This document shows positions 56,103-64,000 of a stretch of DNA of 64,000 bases, piece by piece (the first letter of the stretch is position 1; every line of letters starts with the position of its first letter). Source of the stretch: Octopus vulgaris (Eukaryota); the NCBI GenBank assembly GCA_951406725.2, contig OX597833.1, forward strand, positions 59,334,001-59,398,000, given 5' to 3'. The translations under genes and the position numbers were made by a program. Under the pieces are notes generated by a model. It saw nothing but the letters and a program-made list of their open reading frames with translations. It was not told the origin of the DNA and made no database searches.

Positions 56103-56910
56103 TTACATCGCTGCATGTCTTTACTTATGGAAGGACTGGCAGTGGCTTTGCCATTTTATGGGGTCAACCATGACTGGTTGTGTGAATGTAGAAGGGAAGA
56201 GGTTATCATCACCAAACGTATGGCCTCAATACTTGCAACAAAATGGACCTTCCTAACAATTCCAAAGAGTATTCAGGTGCTGGTAATATTAAACAAGGAG
56301 ATGGATTAAGTCTACAAGCCATCAATAGAAACTCTTCTCTCTGATCCACTTCCACAGTTTTTGTCAACCAAATTTCTCTGACCCAGACTTTGGTGAAGGA
56401 CACTGGTGCTGTGTAGACTAGAAACCATGTTAGGTCAGAACAAACATCTTAACTATATAACTATGCCTGTACCCATTTCTTATATAGGCCCAAGGCTTCA
56501 TTTTAATCAAAGAGGAGAAATGAGATTATATGATGTTCGTGATTTTCTGAAGTGACACATAAAGGGTCATTTTATTGCAGACCCATCCATCATCATTGTT
56601 TAGCGTCCGCTTTCTATGCTAGCATGGGTTGGACTGTTCAACTGGGGTCTGAGAAGCCAGAAGGCTGCACCAGGCCCAGTCTGATCTGGCAATGTTTCTA
56701 TGGCTGGATGCCCTTCCTAACGCCCAAGCCATACTAAATTTAAAGGGATGACCTCTAAAATAACAACTCCCTCTAGCACAACTAATTAATGTTATTTTGG
56801 ACAAACTTTGTACATAAATACATGAAATCAATGACCTTATAATAACATACATATGTCCAGTGTCACCTATTGTTCGCTGACCTTTTCTTCTTCTTCTTTT
56901 TTCTCTACAG

Positions 56911-57164
56911 ATACCAACCAATGCAACCATTCTCATCTTGAAGACTCTCACCTTCATGACCGAAACTGTTCTTGTTGCAAGAAATGTTGCCGCTGTTGTT
57001 TCACTCCTTGGATGAGGATTCAGTCATATGCCCATTATATCATTTCCGATTCATTTACAGATGTCTTCATCATTTTCACTATTGTCTTGAATACCTTGTT
57101 CTTGGCGATGGAGCATCATGGAATGTCAATGGGATTGAAGCATGTCCTCAAATTTGCAAATTAT
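56911..57164 (+). CDS. Nav2: Nav2-like channel, exon encoding end of DI-DII linker and domain II S1 to start of S2
   Basis: Long pyrimidine tract, ctacag|AT; donor TAT|gtaagc; DRNCSCC...PWMRIQ...DSFTDVFIIFTIVLNTLFLAMEHHGMS...FANY matches the DII S1 motif IVLNTxFLAMEHHGM of DSC1/Nav2-type channels. Confidence 0.94.
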
Positions 57165-57419
57165 GTAAGCATCACACGTTTTCTGATTGCATTGACTTTT
57201 TGACAGATTTTGGGTTTTTTATGTAATAAATTTATGTTTCGTTTATCATAACTTTATGATTTGTTAGTGTAATAAATTTATAATTTTCTGACTCGGTAGA
57301 ACACTAAGAGCAAGTATCATCAAAATACACTTTATCATCATCATCATCATCATTATCGTCATCATCATTTAACATTCTTTTTTCTCCATGCTGGCATGAG
57401 ATGAACCGGGTTACATATG

Positions 57420-57745
57420 GTGGTGACCCCCTTCGGTCAGACACTGACCATGGGTTTGCACCTAGAGAGTTACCCTCTGAGGCACAAGTCTGGGCAAGGT
57501 TGTTTTATGGAAGACCAATAGTCGCCCATGCATACCAGCCTCCCCTCTCCATGCCACCAATGTTATCCAAGGGAAAGGCAAAGGGGCCGATACAGCTTGG
57601 CACCTGTGACGTCGCAACTCATTTCTACAGCTGAGTGAACTGGAGCAACGTGAAATAAAGTGTCTTGCTCAAGAACACAACACGCAGCCCGGTCCGGGAT
57701 TCGAGCTCATAACCTCACGATCGTAAGCTCGACGCACTAACCACA
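57420..57745 (-). mobile_element. tRNA-derived SINE family E
   Basis: Minus-strand gtggttagtgcgtcgagc...gagctcgaatcccgg head followed by gtgttcttgagcaagacact. Confidence 0.7.
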
Positions 57746-57869
57746 TACATATTGAAATATACATGCACTGATACACAGAAGGATGCACAGCCACTGTGTG
57801 TAAGAGGGACTGCAGGGGTCTGGACAGCTGAATCATCTGTTGCTTTAACTATAAAGAAAGGTGAATTAA

Positions 57870-58860
57870 CTGGAAAGATGGAATGTAAGTTGGCCAAATA
57901 GATAGAGACACAGTGTGTAGAGGTTAGATAGACTTAGTTTGTATAAAGTGACCAGATAGATAGAGATACTGTGTGTAGAGGTTAGTGTGTAGAAGTTAGT
58001 GTGTAGATGTTGATAGACTAGATAAATAGTCACAATGTGTATAGATAGACACAGTGTATATAGATAGACACAGTGTGTATAGATATAAATAGTGTGTACA
58101 GATAGACACAGTGTGTATACATAGAAACAGTATGTATAGATAGAAACAGTTTGTATACATAAACACTGTGTGTATAGATAGACACAGTGTGCATAGATAG
58201 ACACAAAGTGTATAGATAGAGACAGCGTGTATAAAGTGACCAGATAAATAGAGATACAGTGTGCAGAAGTTACATTTGCAGTAAGTTTGGGGAGCATTCA
58301 CCATTTTCAATGCTTAACAGAAGATAGTGTGTAGATGCTGGCTAGATAGATAAACATGCAAAGAGTATAGATGTTGAGAGGGTAGAGAGACACAGTGTAT
58401 ATAAACTGACAAGACAGATGGACATAGTGTGTAGATGTTAACTGGATAGATAGACATAGTGTGTTTATGTTGACTGGAAAGACATAGGATGTATAAATTG
58501 ACCAGATAGTTAGAGACACTATGTTCAAAGGTTTGTGCATAGATGTTGACTGGATAGATAGATAGATGCAGTGTGTATAAATTGACCAGATAGTCATTTG
58601 GTAGGAATTAATCAAATAAATATAGACAGGATGTAGATGTTGACTGGATAGATAGACACCCTCTACATAAAGTGACCAGATATGATAGAGACACACAGTA
58701 TTGATACTGATTATATGGACAGAGTATGGATAGATGATGGACTGGGTATATTGGATGGACACAGTGTATAGAGGCTGACTGGATACATAGTTGCAATGGA
58801 TAGATGCTGTAGATGTTGATTGGATGGATGAATTGATGGATGGATAGATAGGTAGATAGA
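57870..58860 (-). repeat. Degenerate minisatellite related to 30230-32010, inverted
   Basis: Recurrent gatagacacagtgtgtagatgttgac is the reverse complement of gtcaacatctacacactgtgtctatc. Confidence 0.7.
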
Positions 58861-59082
58861 CTGGTAGAATCGTTAGCACGCCAGGCAAAATGCTTAGCCG
58901 TATTTTGTCTGCTGTTACGTTCTGAGTTCAAATTCCGCCGAGGTCAACTTTACCTTTCATCCTTTTGGGGTCGATAAATTAAGTACCAGTTACGCACTAG
59001 GGTCGATATAATCGACTTGATCAGTCTGTCTGTCCTTGTTTGTCCTCTCTGTGTTTAGCCCCTTGTGGGTAGTAAAGAAATA
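58861..59082 (+). mobile_element. SINE family B
   Basis: Flanked by the direct repeat ataggtagatagact. Confidence 0.85.
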
Positions 59083-59741
59083 GGTAGATAGACTAGGTAG
59101 ATGTTAACATGACATACAAATTTACAGTGTGACTGGACATGTGTGTGTGTGTGTGTGTGTATGTGTGGACGGCAAACCCTACTTTTTTCCTTCAAGGCTT
59201 ATTTGCCCCAATATTACACTATTTACCTTAATCAATGCACGGTAATCGTTTATAAGCTTTAAGCTTATTAGTATTAGTATCATTATTTACAGAAGTGTAA
59301 AACTTGGTACCCTTTTCAAAATAAATGCATGAATATATATATATTATCATCATTGTTCAATGTCTGATTTCCATGCTCGCATGGGTTGGACAGTTTGACT
59401 GAGGACTGGCAAGCCAGTCGGCTGCACCAGACTCCAATCTGATCTGGCAGAGTTTCTACAGTTGGATGCCCTTCCTAATGCCAACCACTCCAAGAGTGTA
59501 GTGGGTGCTTCTAACATGCCACTGGCAGAGGAGCCAGTCAGGGGGTACTGGCATCAACAACGTTTGCTTGCCACTGGCATGTAATACATATGTGTGTGTG
59601 TGTGTGTTATCTTGGGATTCCTTAGTGACAATATAATCTTTATATAATGAAGGCAGGGGTGGGGAAAACTTTTAGAGCAGCAGGCAAACATTTCCTAAGA
59701 AAAAGGTCCACAGGCGGTTCACAAGTTCTAACTCTTATATA

Positions 59742-60310
59742 GAGGGGACAAACAAGGACAGACAAAGGGATTAAGTCGATTATATCGACCCCAGTGTGTA
59801 ACTGGTACTTTATTTATCGACCACGAAAGGCTGAAAGGCGAAGTCAACCTCGGTAGAATCTGAACACAGAACGTAATGGCTGGCGAAATACCTATTTCTT
59901 TACTACCCACAAGGGGCTAAACACAGAGAGGACAAACAAGGGCAGACAAATGGAGTAAGTCGATTATATTGACCCCAGTGCGTGACTGGTACTTATTTAA
60001 TCGACCCCGAAAGGATGAAAGGCAAAGCCGACCTCGGCGGAATTTGAACTCAGAACATAACGGCAGCCGAAATACCTATTTCTTTACTACCCACAAGGGG
60101 CTAAACACAGAGAGGGCAAACAAGGACAGACAAATGGATTTAGTCGATTACATCGACCCCAGTGCGTAACTGGTACTTATTTAATTGACCCTGAAAGGAT
60201 GAAAGGCAAAGTCGACCTCGGCGGAATTTGAACTCAGAACATAACGGCAGCCGAAATACTGCTAAGTATTCCGGCCGGCATGCTAACGACTCTGCCAGCT
60301 CGCTGCCTCC
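59742..60310 (-). mobile_element. SINE family B trimer
   Basis: cgaaatac at 59884, 60068 and 60252 (period 184). Confidence 0.88.
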
Positions 60311-61977
60311 CTGTACAGATATTGAATGTATAACAAATACTGTGTGTAGACATCAATGAGACACAAACACAAATGCTAAGTGAATAGAAAACCATTGTCT
60401 CTTCTTTTTACAGTATTTTTACAGTCAGAGACCCCTTGTATGAGGTAGCAATATTAAATGGTATAGCTTCTAAAAATGTCAGCTTTGTTAATGATGTTGA
60501 AAATTAACCTGTTATTACAAATGTTCCTTCAAGGTAGACTTAGATTATACAATCAATTTCAACACACCTAATATGACAAGAAAATATATTTCGTAACGAA
60601 TTAGTGCTGGAGCCAAAACTGATTAACTTCCGACTATGAATTACATGAACAAAACAACTGAGGTGAAAACTGGAAGTTATTGAATGAAACGAGAGAGAAG
60701 ACGGAGAAAAATATGTGTGCGTGTACTTGTATGTGTGTGTGTTTTTGTGTGCATGTGTAGGTATTTATATCTGTGTGTGTGTCTGTGTATGTATGTTTGT
60801 ATGTATGTATGTATGTGTGTGTGTGTGTATGTATGTATGGATGGATGGATGGATGGATGAAAGTATGGAAGTATGTATGTATGTATGTATGTATGTATGG
60901 AAGTATGTAAGTATATATGTATGTATGTATGTATTTATGTATGTATGTATGTATGTATGTATGCATGTATGTATGTGTGTATGTATGTATGGATGGATGG
61001 ATGGATGGAAGTATGTATGTATGTATGTATGTATGTATGTATGTATGTATGTATGTATGTATGTGAGTATGTATGTATGTATGTATGTTTTTGTATGCTT
61101 GCATGTGTATGTATGTATGTATGTATTTGCATGTGTGTATGTATGTATTTGTATGCTTGTATGTGCATGTATGTATGTGTGTATATATGTGAGTGTATGC
61201 ATGAACGTATCTGTATTTATATATCTTCATATGTATGTGTGTATTTGTAAGTATATGTACGTATGTACATATGAATGTATGTATGTGTGTGTACGTGTAT
61301 ATCTGTATGAATATGTGTGTATCTGTATATGTGTATGTGTATGTGAGTATCTGTATGTATGTATCTTTGTATATATCATCATCATCATCATCGTTTAACG
61401 TCTGTTTTCCATGCTAGCATGGGTTGGATGGAAGATGTGTATATCTATATGTATGTATGTATGCATGTATATCTGTGAGTGTGTATTGGTATGTATGTAT
61501 GTAAGCATGTATGTATGTACGTACATATGTACATACATGTACACATGTATGTATGACGTCTTCAATTTTATTTTTCATATTTCTCACCAATGGAGAAAGA
61601 TCAGGTTTCTAGCCTAAAACCAAAACTTTTTCATTGCAATTTAGACAGCACCAGCAGGGGAGTGCAGTTCTCTGCACGCTTCACTCACCTTAATTACTTT
61701 CACATACAGGAACCTAATGGAAACACACTGTATTAAAAAAACTGCTATGGTGAAAGGGAAGGCAAAAAAATCTGACCAGGCTTGACCGGCTGGAATTGCG
61801 TAATTTCAAACTTCTATATAAGCAGTTTAGTTTGCTGGTCTCTTCTGTTACAAACTAAGCTTTGACTTTTCATCACCTGGCACAAAGCCACCTCCCTCAA
61901 TACTGCACTTTCACTCTGTGAAAGGGTTTTGTCTTGTGAGTTACCTGGTGACTCCACTAGTGCAGGTATCATGAAAA

Positions 61978-62205
61978 GGTGAGCTGGCAGAAACGTTAGC
62001 ATGCCGAGCGAAATGCGTAGCCGTATTTTGTCTGTCGTTACGTTGTGAGTTCAAATTCCGCTGAGGTCGACTTTGCCTTTCATCCTTTCGAGGCCAATAA
62101 ATTAAGTATCAGTTACGCACTGGGGTCGATGTAATCGACTTAATACCTATGTCTGTCCTTGTTTGTCCCCTCTGTGTTTAGCCCCTTGTGGGTAATAAAG
62201 AAACA
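61978..62205 (+). mobile_element. SINE family B
   Basis: TSD caggtatcat on both sides. Confidence 0.85.
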
Positions 62206-62289
62206 GGTATCATAAAAAAAGCACCCTGTACACTCCGTTGATGTTAGGAAAGAGATCCAACAGTGGAAACCATGCCAAAGCAGACAGTG

Positions 62290-62610
62290 GAACAGACTTC
62301 CACATAAGCAACTGGACAAAATTTCAAACTGAAGTCTGTGGGATAGAATGAACCAAACTCGCACCAATCAAGAAATTCTGGAAAGGATACAGGGATCTAA
62401 GAAGACCTCAAAGCAGCATTGCAAAGTGAGTATTAGACTGGAAACCTGAAGGAAAGAGGAAAGATGGAGAACTTAAAGAAACCTGGAAAGTATGCATGGG
62501 GAATGAAGTAAAAGCTATCAATCTCCCTTGTTCTGAAATGAAGGAGGTAGCCCAAGACCATGTTCACTGGCATGAAACAGTCATGCTCTTTTGGATGCAA
62601 TGCAGACTAA
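62290..62610 (+). mobile_element. Degenerate RTE-like LINE 3' fragment
   Basis: LDWKPEGKRK...KETW and AQDHVHW resemble the RTE C-terminus. Confidence 0.5.
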
Positions 62611-63587
62611 TTACATAAGGGATTTAGGATATTGGTTATTTGTTTTGTAAGCTAAACTTTAACCTTTCATCACCTGACACAAAGCCAGCTCCCTAAATAC
62701 TATTCCACCCATATCAGTTAAGGGGTCCAGTCTTGTGAGTTACTTGGTGACCTCACTGGTGCTGGTGCCACATGAAAGGTACTCAGTACTCTTTGTTATG
62801 TGGTTGACATTAGGAAAGGCATCCAGCTGTAGAAACCATCTAAAGCAGATGGTGGAGCTTGGCACAGTCCTCTCGATCACCAGCTCTTGTTGAACCATTG
62901 AATCCATACCAGCATGGGAATCAAGCATCAAATAGTGATGAAGAGATTAGGCAGCACTTTGAGTGACCAAGCAACACTTTCCAGTGAGTGTAATGGTCAC
63001 TTGTTAATTAATTAAGGGGGACCTGGAAAAAGTGGCTTAAACAAAGTTTGATTAATTCTAGAACTGGACAGCCATCTCATGGCTGGGAGTTATTCCCTTT
63101 TTGTAGGTTTCCATGGTAACAACTAAGAAATTTACAAATTTCCTAAGATGTGGTTGTACTACGATATAAGTTGGCCTACACCATGTGTGTGTGTGTATCT
63201 ATGAATATGTGTGTTTATGTGTGAATGCATAGTGTGTGTGTGTGGAGAGAGAAAGAGTGAGAAAGAGATGGTCTTAGCAGAGAAACAGGGTTTTTTCATT
63301 AGAACTTATACATCACAGAGGTACTCATGTATGTATGTATGTAAGTATGTATATATGTATCTGTATGCTTGTATGTGTGTGTATGTGTGTATTTGTATGA
63401 ATGTATGTGTGTGTGTATATGTGAGTGTATGTATGTATCTGTATGTATATGCGTATCTGTATTTATGTGTCCATATGTATGTGTGTATTTGTAAGTATGT
63501 ATATATGCATACATACTTCACAGAGTATGTATATATGTATGCATGTATGTATGTACGTATATATGTATATATGTATGTATGTGTATA

Positions 63588-63623
<36 letters not shown>

Positions 63624-64000
63624 TGTATGTATGTATGTATGTATGTATGTATGTATGTATGTATGTACGTATATATGTATGTATGTATATATGTATGTAT
63701 GTATGTATGTACATATATATGTATGTATGTATGTATGTATGGGTGGATGGATGGATGGATGACTACTCATGCATATATGTGTGTATATAAATGCATGACT
63801 ATGTATGAATGTAATGTATATGGTGTATGTACGAATATATGTGTATATTTAATGCATGTGTATGTATGTATGTATATATGGACGCTGGAGGGATGTATTT
63901 GTTGTCTGTGTGTATGTATGTTTGTATGTACATATGGATGGATGGATGGGTGGATGTGCGTATGTACATTTGTATGTATTTATTAATTTATATACATATG

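Noticed and set aside
57165-64000. Next Nav exon (rest of DII S2-S4)
   Set aside because: No matching peptide found; presumably beyond the window.

Overview
AT-rich, microsatellite- and SINE-saturated eukaryotic DNA that looks like an octopus (coleoid cephalopod) genome; the organism is inferred from repeat content, not proven. The window is almost all intron of one + strand voltage-gated sodium channel gene, most likely of the Nav2 (DSC1/NaCP60E-like) class. Three exons splice in frame: domain I S6 (4881-5015), a 67-nt linker exon (52602-52668) and the pre-DII/DII S1-S2 exon (56911-57164). Two candidate 45-nt, phase-0 microexons that both begin W-x-R-R (21932-21976, 40621-40665) lie in the 47.6-kb interval between the first two. 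The introns hold five SINE-like families, hAT, piggyBac and mariner MITEs, Helitron and CR1/RTE fragments, minisatellites and a 2.5-kb tandem duplication. The most unusual signal is six long fold-back palindromes, each inserted in a (TA)n tract with a one-sided tail. Several carry minimal type-I hammerhead ribozyme cores, the architecture of Penelope-like element ends. Almost all ORFs in the supplied track are microsatellite translations.
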